64,000 nucleotides of DNA from an uncultured virus (IMG/VR IMGVR_UViG_3300043469_000509) (taxonomy: Duplodnaviria; Heunggongvirae; Uroviricota; Caudoviricetes; Crassvirales). This document shows positions 20,156 through 28,649 of this stretch, one piece after another. A program made the translations under genes and the position numbers. The first letter of the stretch is position 1. Every line of letters begins with the position of its first letter. Location: IMG/VR virus record IMGVR_UViG_3300043469_000509; one strand, given 5' to 3'. Under the pieces are notes generated by a model. That model saw only the letters and a program-made list of their open reading frames with translations, was not told the origin of the DNA and ran no database searches.

Positions 20156-21013
20156 TTAAAATATATATCTTATTGTATTCCAAGGGATTATGTCATTGTG
20201 TAAGTTAACCCATTCTTTAATATACTTAGATTTAATATTATGTTTGTACCTAATATTATCTCCACCATATTGAGATATTTTAGATTCTTGAATATCTGGA
20301 TTCCACAACAACTCTTCTCCTTGTAAATTGTTACTTAAATTGTAATAATGTTTATTCTCATTATGAGTAAGAAATATAACTTCACATTTAACTACATCTT
20401 TATAATTAACATAGTCATTAACCATGTGAAATAACTCTTCGTATTCTTGTAACCAATTATCATAAACAATTACAGGACTAAAGTTAATATGTACATCATA
20501 ACCTGCATCTATAAAAGCATCAATAGCTTTAATTCTATCTATTATAGGGCTAGTGTTTGGTTCTAGCTTATCTGAATAGATTTGAGGCATTAAACTAAAT
20601 CTAATCCTTATTTTACTTTCAGGATTAAATACAGTTAAATCAGGATTTACATATTTAGTAGCAAAACTACCCATTGCTATTGGATGCTCTCTAAAAAACT
20701 CAAATATTCTTTGCCAATCATGATATTTAGCATGCAGAGCAAAGTCTTCATTACAAGATATATCATAAGTAACATAATCAGCATGAGTTTGATTAGGTTT
20801 ATCTACTACACTAAAAAATGAATGATTATTAATTTCCGTTAAGATATCACCTGTATTTTTAGATATGTCTAATCCAACTGATTTATGTCTTTTCATATAA
20901 CAATAAGAACAGTTATATAAACAGCCATAACCAAAGCTAGGACTAATAAAATCTGTACTACGACCACTTGGCCGTATTAACATAGACTTTCTATTGATTT
21001 TCTTTATCACCAT
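20156..21013 (-). CDS. spore photoproduct lyase-like radical SAM protein
   Basis: GCLYNCSYCY radical SAM motif, FATK, RIRFSL, E..T..I.DRI.A, GY.VH.NFSP. Likely start is the ATG at 21013 (MVIKK) overlapping the thyX end; the ORF track start is 21052. Confidence 0.82.
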   Translation of the reverse strand: MVIKKINRKSMLIRPSGRSTDFISPSFGYGCLYNCSYCYMKRHKSVGLDISKNTGDILTEINNHSFFSVVDKPNQTHADYVTYDISCNEDFALHAKYHDWQRIFEFFREHPIAMGSFATKYVNPDLTVFNPESKIRIRFSLMPQIYSDKLEPNTSPIIDRIKAIDAFIDAGYDVHINFSPVIVYDNWLQEYEELFHMVNDYVNYKDVVKCEVIFLTHNENKHYYNLSNNLQGEELLWNPDIQESKISQYGGDNIRYKHNIKSKYIKEWVNLHNDIIPWNTIRYIF

Positions 21014-21686
21014 TAAATGCGTTAATAGTATGTTTAAATGGATTACCCTCAATGTTTTGAACTAACTCTAACATTTGTTGTGCAATTTCTCTAATCTCTA
21101 ATTGTGCATGCTCACTATTCCTAAGCTTTAGGAAGTTAGCAAAGCTACGCATATTAAACATTACATCAGCTTGTATTTGAGAGTTATAAGTCTTAAAGAA
21201 CCTAGCAGATTCTTTAGCTCTTTTTCTACCAAGAATAGGAGTTAAGTCTTCAAGACATTGATGATAAAGGTTATTACCTAATTCCGTATAATCATCTAAT
21301 ATAGTTGTCCAATCACACCATTTAGGTTCATAACAATTCCCATCATAATCAAAATATATTCGTTTAGATATTTTTTTACCTTTCCAATCATCAGGTAAAT
21401 AATACTTATCTTCCTTTAACTCTTTATACCTAGCTGATTCTGCATTAATAGAAGCTATTCTATGCTTTAATAGATGTATATGTGAAGCTATGTCACAGTT
21501 AATTAAGAAATGCACTGTAGCCTTCTCAAATGGTGTTTCATGACCATTCTTCCATAACATATCTATCAATGCTGGTATTCTAGTTTTTTTATCATCTGTT
21601 AATTCTCTAGATGTACTTGTCCATGCTGAACAAGCTATTACTTCATCACTACCATAATAACCTAATAGTTCTACTGTATTGTTCAT
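20991..21686 (-). CDS. thyX: flavin-dependent thymidylate synthase
   Basis: GHETPFE, KHRIASINAESARY (ThyX motif), ESAR, N.RS..NFLKLR..HAQLEIR. Confidence 0.92.
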   Translation of the reverse strand: MNNTVELLGYYGSDEVIACSAWTSTSRELTDDKKTRIPALIDMLWKNGHETPFEKATVHFLINCDIASHIHLLKHRIASINAESARYKELKEDKYYLPDDWKGKKISKRIYFDYDGNCYEPKWCDWTTILDDYTELGNNLYHQCLEDLTPILGRKRAKESARFFKTYNSQIQADVMFNMRSFANFLKLRNSEHAQLEIREIAQQMLELVQNIEGNPFKHTINAFNGDKENQ

Positions 21687-21687
21687 T

Positions 21688-21876
21688 TTAGTTTTGTTTT
21701 TCTAATTTAATAATTTCGTTTATAGGAACACAAAGTGTTATAGCACTAATCCAAAATACTACAAATGCAAATCTTACATTTTGAGCCCATTGTGATGGAT
21801 TACACTGCCACATTATAAATGAAAAGCAAAAATACACTAATAAAGTTGCAATTATAAATGGTGTTATTTTTTTCAT
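21688..21876 (-). CDS. small two-TM membrane protein
   Basis: Two hydrophobic helices. Confidence 0.55.
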   Translation of the reverse strand: MKKITPFIIATLLVYFCFSFIMWQCNPSQWAQNVRFAFVVFWISAITLCVPINEIIKLEKQN

Positions 21877-22130
21877 ATTGTTTCTTTATAAGTTTCGTTG
21901 TAGTATTGTTCTGCATTTGCTTTTTGATCTTCATCATTCCACCCATTATTAGAATAAGCATCTATTATCTGCTCCTTTTCCATTGCTAACAGTTCGGTGC
22001 TGATGTCATCATTAACACTAACTAATGCTTTTCGATACTCTACTTGAAAAGGGTTTGATGTAAATTCAAGTTTATCAATTATTTCTTGATTTCGATCAAA
22101 TAAAATCTGCATTGCTGTTTGTTTGCTCAT
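21873..22130 (-). CDS. small hypothetical phage protein
   Basis: KQTA...AMEKEQIIDAY...AEQYYNETY module. Confidence 0.6.
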   Translation of the reverse strand: MSKQTAMQILFDRNQEIIDKLEFTSNPFQVEYRKALVSVNDDISTELLAMEKEQIIDAYSNNGWNDEDQKANAEQYYNETYKETI

Positions 22131-22131
22131 A

Positions 22132-23025
22132 TTATTTCTTTTTAAATTGTTCCAACATTTTAATTGTAAAGTCTTTTATTCTTGTATATGGAATTTTAAC
22201 TTCATCATTTATAGTTCTTTGAATCAGCATACCTTTTTCACAAGAAAGTTTAATTATTTCTTTTACTTCTTCCTCACTATACATTCTTTCTTGTTGCCAT
22301 TTAGAAAATAAAATATGACTTTCTACAATTGCTTCTTTACTTGCATAAATGTCGGGATATGTTTTATCTCCACTAATTTGTTTAGAAAATCTATTGTTTA
22401 CAAATATTTCAGCAGCTTCTTCAAGTGTTTCTTTTTTATCAAATACAGAAGTTGGTAAAAAACCATTGACTAATTCAATTTCTTGTTTAGGTTCTAATGG
22501 TTTAAACTCTTCCACAGTTCCTCCATTTTTAAAGTGTTGAATAAAATGTGCTTTGCCTTCAATAGATTTTTTTAAACCTTCTTTTATTTTTGAATAGTCT
22601 TGTTTAGGTTCTTCTTGTGGAATGATGATTTTGTAACATTCTTGATAAGGGAAATCTTCTGTTTTATTGTATTCTTTATTCATAATAACAACCTCAACAA
22701 ACTCACAACTTGGATTCGTAACAAACCATTCTAAAAAATCATCGTCAATAGCTTGTACACCATCTAAATCTTGGTCTGTTGTTAGGATTATTTTTTTATA
22801 ATCACCTTTAGGTTCTTCACCTATGTGTTTATGTATTGGTCTATCTAATGAACCAAATTCTGCTATATAATAGTCACCTTCTTTAATTTCTTCCATATCA
22901 GAAGTGATGTAGATGTTTTGATAATCTTTAGGTGTGATTAATTGCCCCATTTCTAAGTGTAGATTACCTGCCAAATAAAATATCCTACTTGGTTTTTCTG
23001 TTGGTAATATGTGTATGTTTTTCAT
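22132..23025 (-). CDS. mosaic hypothetical protein
   Basis: Modules KIILTTDQDL, YKIIIPQEEPKQ, ETLEEAAE, WQQERMYSEEEV. Confidence 0.65.
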   Translation of the reverse strand: MKNIHILPTEKPSRIFYLAGNLHLEMGQLITPKDYQNIYITSDMEEIKEGDYYIAEFGSLDRPIHKHIGEEPKGDYKKIILTTDQDLDGVQAIDDDFLEWFVTNPSCEFVEVVIMNKEYNKTEDFPYQECYKIIIPQEEPKQDYSKIKEGLKKSIEGKAHFIQHFKNGGTVEEFKPLEPKQEIELVNGFLPTSVFDKKETLEEAAEIFVNNRFSKQISGDKTYPDIYASKEAIVESHILFSKWQQERMYSEEEVKEIIKLSCEKGMLIQRTINDEVKIPYTRIKDFTIKMLEQFKKK

Positions 23026-23404
23026 ATTATTTTATGTTTTCTAAATTCCGAACTGCACGCACATAGGATGCGTTGTCCTTACTGCTGTAGTAGGCATCCT
23101 CAGAGTTGAAAGAGAAGTACCACGCGAAGCCTTCGTTGCCGTACTCCGTACTACTCCAATAGCCTTTACTATTATTATTTATTAATTTATTTTTATAAAT
23201 CATAAAGAATTCTTCAATAGTTGGTAATCTCCAACCATTTCCTAATTTCTCAACTGCTTTAATAGCTTCATCCCAAGTCATTTTTCCTAAATCATCTGGG
23301 TGTAATTCAAAGTGATAATGTTTATTAACTATTTGAGATTGTTTAATTACAGGTGTATATTCTACACCGTCTATTATTATGTTTTTCATATTATTTTATG
23401 TTTT
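23014..23404. repeat. perfect 27-bp direct repeat (23014-23040 and 23378-23404) bracketing the DUF1566-like gene
   Basis: TATGTTTTTCATATTATTTTATGTTTT occurs at both positions; a 17-bp partial copy is near 23633-23649. Confidence 0.9.
23027..23389 (-). CDS. DUF1566/Lcl-like C-type-lectin-fold protein with DGR-type variable region
   Basis: MTWDEA...GWRLPTIEE...YWSSTE...AW...F......K....YVRAVR; the 3' third is GC-rich with NNC codons. Confidence 0.82.
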   Translation of the reverse strand: MKNIIIDGVEYTPVIKQSQIVNKHYHFELHPDDLGKMTWDEAIKAVEKLGNGWRLPTIEEFFMIYKNKLINNNSKGYWSSTEYGNEGFAWYFSFNSEDAYYSSKDNASYVRAVRNLENIK

Positions 23405-23639
23405 TTAATGGATAAGCGTTTAGTATTGATTTTTTATTTTCTTCAGTTGTACATACAAACCCATTAGAATCTCTAAAATATGCTTTTCTACTAGCAGCTT
23501 TTAATGCTTCTGTTACGTGTAGTTTAGCAAATTCTCTTAATGCTACAATATCTCTATATCTACAAGAACAACCTTCTGATTTAGAATGATCGTGACCGTT
23601 ATATTTTTTTAAGAACTCTTCAGCTGTTGGTATTTTCAT
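23391..23639 (-). CDS. small hypothetical protein, paralog of 23641..23859
   Basis: PTAEE...EFAKLHV...AYPL.NIK. Confidence 0.65.
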   Translation of the reverse strand: MKIPTAEEFLKKYNGHDHSKSEGCSCRYRDIVALREFAKLHVTEALKAASRKAYFRDSNGFVCTTEENKKSILNAYPLKNIK

Positions 23640-23640
23640 A

Positions 23641-23859
23641 TTATTTTATATTAGTTAGTGGATAAGCTTCATCATAACCTTCTTCAAGTTGTCCGTATTT
23701 ATCTATATAAATTTCTTGAGCTTTTTTACACGCTTCTACATGTAGTTTAGCAAATTCAATCATTAATTCAACTAAATGTTTAACATCATCAGAAAATAAA
23801 TCTAAATTAGGATTAATTTTTGTATCTTTATATAACTCTTCAGCGGTTGGTACATTCAT
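23641..23859 (-). CDS. small hypothetical protein, paralog of 23391..23639
   Basis: PTAEE...EFAKLHV...AYPL.NIK. Confidence 0.65.
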   Translation of the reverse strand: MNVPTAEELYKDTKINPNLDLFSDDVKHLVELMIEFAKLHVEACKKAQEIYIDKYGQLEEGYDEAYPLTNIK

Positions 23860-23860
23860 C

Positions 23861-24286
23861 TTATTTGTTTTTTACTATTTCTATAAGTTTAGATAAACAA
23901 GCTTGTTCTGCTTCTTCATAAGTGTTGTAATATTTTTCAAAGTAACCATCTTCTTTTTTACCAATAATAGTAATCCATTCTTCATCTATTGAATAAGTAA
24001 AACCATTGGGTATTAAATTTGTTGGTTCTCCATGAGTATAGTTCCATACATTATGATATAAGTTATACTTCTCTCTAAACCATCTAAATGCTTGTTGGTA
24101 AAGTGGTACACCTAACACACCATCTAATTTAAGTTCTGTATTAGTATAACCTCCTTTTATAATAGCAAATCCTCTTTGTGAAAATAATTGTAAACCGCAA
24201 ATAGTTTGCATAGCTAAACATATTTCATCAAAACCTAATTCTTTCAAAGCCAATGCTTGTTCGTAAGGTATAAATTCTTTATTCAT
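23861..24286 (-). CDS. hypothetical phage protein
   Basis: EFIPYEQALALKELGFDE...PLYQQAFRWFREKY...TYEEAE module. Confidence 0.65.
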   Translation of the reverse strand: MNKEFIPYEQALALKELGFDEICLAMQTICGLQLFSQRGFAIIKGGYTNTELKLDGVLGVPLYQQAFRWFREKYNLYHNVWNYTHGEPTNLIPNGFTYSIDEEWITIIGKKEDGYFEKYYNTYEEAEQACLSKLIEIVKNK

Positions 24287-24288
24287 TG

Positions 24289-24492
24289 TTATTTAAGTAT
24301 TTCGATTTTAGTTATAATAGTTTGTCTGATTGGATAATAAGCAACCACTACAGACCCTACATCTGCATTTTTGTTATAGAACTCATATAGTCCAGCTGAG
24401 CTGTAATTCATACCACTGCAATCAATAATTGTTTGATAAGTGGAGTCTGAGTCGTTATAGTATCCAAGTACTGTTATGTGATATCTTTTCAT
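24289..24492 (-). CDS. hypothetical protein
   Basis: ORF in operon context. Confidence 0.5.
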   Translation of the reverse strand: MKRYHITVLGYYNDSDSTYQTIIDCSGMNYSSAGLYEFYNKNADVGSVVVAYYPIRQTIITKIEILK

Positions 24493-24512
24493 ATTATTTG
24501 TTTTTTAGTTAG

Positions 24513-24599
24513 TGGTCAGGACAGGATTCGAACCTGTATGAATAAGCGTACCACGTTAGCAGTTATTCTCTTTAGCGTCTACCATTCCGCCACCTGACC
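24513..24599 (-). tRNA. tRNA-like gene with aberrant anticodon arm (identity undetermined; possibly pseudo-tRNA)
   Basis: Acceptor GGTCAGG/CCTGACC plus discriminator A; D arm GCG-GAATGGTAGA-CGC; T arm ACAGG-TTCGAAT-CCTGT. The middle is a GAATAA/TTATTC stem with a 17-nt loop. Confidence 0.7.
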
Positions 24600-24604
24600 A
24601 TATT

Positions 24605-24793
24605 TTAATTTGTTATTATATATACTTTATTATTACTAATAAAATAAAAGAAACTTTTATAGCTAGGTATATCACCTACTATTTTAAGCATTACCTTTGC
24701 TTCTAGGGTATTATCTTGTATTAACTGATGTATATTAGTACCTTGTAAAGTACTATTACTATACCACGTCATAGGCTCGTATTTACTAGTCAT
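24605..24793 (-). CDS. hypothetical protein
   Basis: 62 aa ORF. Confidence 0.4.
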   Translation of the reverse strand: MTSKYEPMTWYSNSTLQGTNIHQLIQDNTLEAKVMLKIVGDIPSYKSFFYFISNNKVYIITN

Positions 24794-24822
24794 ATTACCT
24801 CATATTAATTGCTATTAAATTT

Positions 24823-24866
24823 AAAAATAGTATAGGAGAGAAATTCCCAGAACTCTCCTAATACTA
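24823..24866 (-). terminator. putative intrinsic terminator
   Basis: TAGGAGAG...CTCTCCTA stem followed by TACTATTTTT on the minus strand, downstream of 24915..25547. Confidence 0.5.
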
Positions 24867-24914
24867 TTGATACTACTACTTGTTAATAGGTGTAATAGAC
24901 CCTTTAATCTTTAG

Positions 24915-25547
24915 TTATGCTAAAGCATCAACTTCAGCTTGTAACTTACTAATTACTTCAGCATTTTTAGCAGCAGCTTCAGCTTTAGTACTAACAGTTG
25001 CAGCTTTAGCTACTCTAATATCAATATCACCGAAGATATTAATACCAACTTCATTGCTACCTTTGTGGTTACTAAAGTCATTAACATAAAATCCTTGTGA
25101 GTATTGTACTGGTTGTACAATTTCTCCAGCTGAATTTCTAATAACTAAAGACTCTGCAAATTGAGCTGCAGTTCTTTGACCTGCTGATATTGAATACTTT
25201 TGCTCGTCTGTTAAGACATCAAGTAGTTTATTAGAATACTTTTTGCAAATACGTGCATTTGGTTTAGTACCTAATAGTTGTGCTACTTGTTCAGCTGTTG
25301 TACCTTCTGGTACATTAATCCAGCCTACTCGTGTTGATTCATATGATTCACCAAGTTCTAATTTGAAATCTTCGATTGCAAATAAACTATCTTGCATACT
25401 ATTATCTACTCTCTTACTAGGGTAAGTTGTTGTAACAGTTTGTCTGATTTGTGCTTGGTAAATACCTTCTTTGTACTCTGATGCTGTAACTTTATCTACT
25501 GATAATACTGCAAATTCTTTTGTGATTCCGTTTAATGATTGTTTCAT
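24915..25547 (-). CDS. hypothetical early protein
   Basis: 210 aa ORF with A-rich leader and downstream hairpin. Confidence 0.7.
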   Translation of the reverse strand: MKQSLNGITKEFAVLSVDKVTASEYKEGIYQAQIRQTVTTTYPSKRVDNSMQDSLFAIEDFKLELGESYESTRVGWINVPEGTTAEQVAQLLGTKPNARICKKYSNKLLDVLTDEQKYSISAGQRTAAQFAESLVIRNSAGEIVQPVQYSQGFYVNDFSNHKGSNEVGINIFGDIDIRVAKAATVSTKAEAAAKNAEVISKLQAEVDALA

Positions 25548-25629
25548 GTTTGTTTTGTTTTAAATTGTAATTAATTATTTATTTGTTTGTTTTAAGCTAG
25601 TATTTTAAATGTTCTCTCAACTTATGTGT

Positions 25630-26004
25630 CTAGCCATTATTTTTATGTTGGAGAATTTCTTGTACAGCTTGTATGTGTACTTTTCTAAACTTTGGAAATA
25701 TAGTAGCTAATAAACTATCAGCTAATTCATTTCTTTGGTTTATTTCAGTTTTAAGAGCTTGTATCCATTCATTAGCTGAATGACCATTAAATCTTAATTC
25801 TGAAGGTTTTAGGCTACTTAAAATAGATCTTAAATGGTTAAATTCAAGATTCTTTAGTTTAACAGAGCCATATTTATTCATCCATAACCAATCAGATGAT
25901 TGATTATACTTTCTACCAATACCTTTAACTATAGTATTAGAGTTTAACTTCTCAATCCTCTCTCTCGGAGTTTGAGTCTTCTGCAATAAAATTGTTGAGT
26001 TCAT
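25630..26004 (-). CDS. hypothetical protein
   Basis: 124 aa ORF. Confidence 0.55.
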   Translation of the reverse strand: MNSTILLQKTQTPRERIEKLNSNTIVKGIGRKYNQSSDWLWMNKYGSVKLKNLEFNHLRSILSSLKPSELRFNGHSANEWIQALKTEINQRNELADSLLATIFPKFRKVHIQAVQEILQHKNNG

Positions 26005-26224
26005 TTTGTTTTAAATTTTCTATATTAATAAATTCTCTTTCTTTAATTCCTCTATTAATCTTGTCTATTTCATAAGACCTTGTTTTTTGTATTTTTATGT
26101 TACCTGTTGTAACACCTATAGGTAAGTATAGAACTTTATCTACACTTACACCTTGTTGTTTTAACTCCTCCCACGTATTACATTTCTTTGTGAGAGGAGT
26201 ATCAATATCTTTAGGCGCTTTCAT
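25952..26224 (-). CDS. hypothetical protein
   Basis: 90 aa ORF coupled to upstream stop. Confidence 0.55.
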   Translation of the reverse strand: MKAPKDIDTPLTKKCNTWEELKQQGVSVDKVLYLPIGVTTGNIKIQKTRSYEIDKINRGIKEREFINIENLKQNELNNFIAEDSNSERED

Positions 26225-26478
26225 TAAGCAGCTTGTTTATGTAGCTTCTTAACTTTCTTTAGTTCTACTCTTTCAGCATCTGTTAGTTTTTCTCTAACAA
26301 TTACTCTTCTAACAGGAGGCCTTAAATCTTTGGCTACCATTTCAAAGTCATTAGAGCAATCTACAGCATCTGCTTGTAGATATTTATCACGCTCTTCTCT
26401 GATAAGTTTTTTAGGCATATCACTGTTTCTAGAAGCTAAATCATTAACTTTAGAAAGATTTTTGTTTTTTAAGTTCAT
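26224..26478 (-). CDS. basic hypothetical protein
   Basis: 84 aa ORF. Confidence 0.55.
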   Translation of the reverse strand: MNLKNKNLSKVNDLASRNSDMPKKLIREERDKYLQADAVDCSNDFEMVAKDLRPPVRRVIVREKLTDAERVELKKVKKLHKQAA

Positions 26479-26532
26479 TTTATTTGTTTTTTAGGGGTTA
26501 ATAACCATTCTAAGTATTCTTCTTCACTTATA

Positions 26533-26757
26533 TTATCTACCATCTTCTATTATATTATAAGTTTTATAAGCTATTCTTTTGTTCTTATAAGTAATTTTAT
26601 ACGTATAAGATTTAACTTTGTAAGTTGTAATTGATTCACAATAAGCTACATTATACTCTTTTTCTGATATTAATTGATTGCTTTCAATAATAAAATAATC
26701 TTTAGTATATTGCAATATGCAAATAATAATTAGTAAACTGATTAGTGCTATAGCCAT
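26533..26757 (-). CDS. small protein with N-terminal TM helix
   Basis: ORF in operon context. Confidence 0.45.
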   Translation of the reverse strand: MAIALISLLIIICILQYTKDYFIIESNQLISEKEYNVAYCESITTYKVKSYTYKITYKNKRIAYKTYNIIEDGR

Positions 26758-26951
26758 TGTATAAATTGATTTAGTGATTGAATAATTGATCTTGTGCTTA
26801 ATAATATTACTATAATACTTAGAAAAATACTGATTTTATTTATTACAATTATATCATAATCATAAAATGGATCACATTTTTTAATATTATTAATAAGTTC
26901 AGGTAATTCATAACATACCCAAATTAGAATAAGTATATCTATAAGTATCAT
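26748..26951 (-). CDS. small membrane protein
   Basis: Two hydrophobic segments. Confidence 0.45.
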   Translation of the reverse strand: MILIDILILIWVCYELPELINNIKKCDPFYDYDIIVINKISIFLSIIVILLSTRSIIQSLNQFIQWL

Positions 26952-27133
26952 TGGTTTTCTTTAGCTTTATAGATTATTACTGGAGTCTTAACATTAGGTA
27001 ATGGATATTTAATCCATAAGACTTTTAATTGAGCTACAAGAGCTTTATTCTCTAATGTAATAGTATCTCTATAACTAGCTGTACTATCACAATTACTGGT
27101 GAATAACGAGGTAATTAATAATAATTTAATCAT
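26948..27133 (-). CDS. small hypothetical protein, possibly secreted or lipoprotein
   Basis: Signal-like N-terminus followed by Cys. Confidence 0.45.
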   Translation of the reverse strand: MIKLLLITSLFTSNCDSTASYRDTITLENKALVAQLKVLWIKYPLPNVKTPVIIYKAKENQ

Positions 27134-27232
27134 TTGTTTGTTTTTTAGTGAATAATTAGTTTAAAATATAAGCATCATCTCAACTCCGCTAGTTGTTAAG
27201 GGACTCAATACCCAAAGATGATGCCTTTTAAT

Positions 27233-27412
27233 TTAAGATATTACTATTAAATCTAGTTTAATTGCAATAGCTCTAAATAACATTGTCATTTCTAATAATA
27301 ATCCTAATAATAGAAGTACAAAAGAATGTCTGTCTTCATCGTAATATGCATAAAAAGCAGCATATGTTGTTGCTACTATTAAAGCTACTAGTATCAATAT
27401 TATTACTACCAT
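27233..27412 (-). CDS. small membrane protein (59 aa, not in ORF track)
   Basis: MVVIILILVALIVATTYAAFYAYYDEDRHSFVLLLLGLLLE...; the ATG overlaps the end of the upstream gene. Confidence 0.45.
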   Translation of the reverse strand: MVVIILILVALIVATTYAAFYAYYDEDRHSFVLLLLGLLLEMTMLFRAIAIKLDLIVIS

Positions 27413-27618
27413 AAGATATCTTGTAAATGTTTTTCATAATATTCATGTAAAGAAGCTATAACTAACCACCAATGTACTACAATAAAATATGTTACAAACC
27501 AATTTGAATTACTTATTATACTCTTATAATCAGTAAAGAATAAGCCAAATGCTGATAGTGCTAGATAATAAGCAGCAGTCAGTATAAGATAGAGAAAAAT
27601 GTAAATTATTACTTTCAT
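27406..27618 (-). CDS. small two-TM membrane protein
   Basis: Hydrophobic ORF preceded by ACAAATTCCT. Confidence 0.55.
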   Translation of the reverse strand: MKVIIYIFLYLILTAAYYLALSAFGLFFTDYKSIISNSNWFVTYFIVVHWWLVIASLHEYYEKHLQDILW

Positions 27619-27653
27619 AGGAATTTGTTTTTAATTGTTTTTGTTTATAATTT

Positions 27654-27884
27654 TTAGTAAGTATTTATTTCAGTAGCATCGCATTCATCATATTCATCAG
27701 AATGGTAATTATTATTAAAATCATTGGCCATATCACCATTGAGTTTAAATTCAGTTCTCTTTTTATGTTTGTTACTATTGTTCACAATCATTTTAAGAGT
27801 ATTACGAAGGTGATTAATATCCATATCATCTATAGATATTAATACACCATTACGTTGTTTCCAGTAAACTATTTTATTGCTCAT
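27654..27884 (-). CDS. hypothetical phage protein
   Basis: W..RNG..I.IDDM...HL.N.LKM motif. Confidence 0.65.
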   Translation of the reverse strand: MSNKIVYWKQRNGVLISIDDMDINHLRNTLKMIVNNSNKHKKRTEFKLNGDMANDFNNNYHSDEYDECDATEINTY

Positions 27885-28089
27885 TTGATTGATCTTCTAA
27901 AATAAGTTTTTGTGTAACTAAATCTTCTTCCATTTGTTCATCAGTATATTTAGGGTATCGAGACAATAATTCTTTAGTGGCTCCTTCAATAGTAGTATGC
28001 CAATTTGTTTTAGCATGTACTAACCCTGTAAAAGATTCTTCTGTTTGGTATCTATAAATATTCATTTTGTGTGTGTAATTAATTAACAT
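27874..28089 (-). CDS. hypothetical protein
   Basis: ORF in operon context. Confidence 0.5.
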   Translation of the reverse strand: MLINYTHKMNIYRYQTEESFTGLVHAKTNWHTTIEGATKELLSRYPKYTDEQMEEDLVTQKLILEDQSNEQ

Positions 28090-28601
28090 TCATTAAATTG
28101 ATTTTCTAAATCATTAAGCTTACATTCGTTTTGTAAATCTTCATAATATTGCACCATTAAAGTAGAATGAGAATTACAAAGAATTTTACAATCATCTAAA
28201 TTATATGGATAAACTAATTTATCAAAATCTTCTAAATAATAAACTGTTCCACCACTAAGTACAGTATTTACATTTGGGTTATTTGTAAATAAATTAGCAA
28301 ATCCATTATCTTCACAATATTCATTTGCACAATCTAAAGCATTTTTTAGATTATTATATGAAATACAACTATGTGAACCATAACTATGAATTACAACTTT
28401 ATAGATATAACTATCAGGTATTATATCTCCAATGTGTAATTTAATTTGCTCTTTTTCCCAATTATTTAAAGGTAAAGATAAATCTAATTCAACACTTATT
28501 ACTGATTTTGTTGTTTCATTATAGGCTGAAACAAATACTCGATTATCTATAAATAGATAAGAATTGCCATTTGGATGTTGTACTATCATTTTGTTTTGCA
28601 T
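28083..28601 (-). CDS. hypothetical protein
   Basis: 172 aa ORF. Confidence 0.6.
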   Translation of the reverse strand: MQNKMIVQHPNGNSYLFIDNRVFVSAYNETTKSVISVELDLSLPLNNWEKEQIKLHIGDIIPDSYIYKVVIHSYGSHSCISYNNLKNALDCANEYCEDNGFANLFTNNPNVNTVLSGGTVYYLEDFDKLVYPYNLDDCKILCNSHSTLMVQYYEDLQNECKLNDLENQFNEC

Positions 28602-28649
28602 ATTCTTACAACTTGCCAGTTGCTTTTTAAATTGTTAGTAAATAAATGT

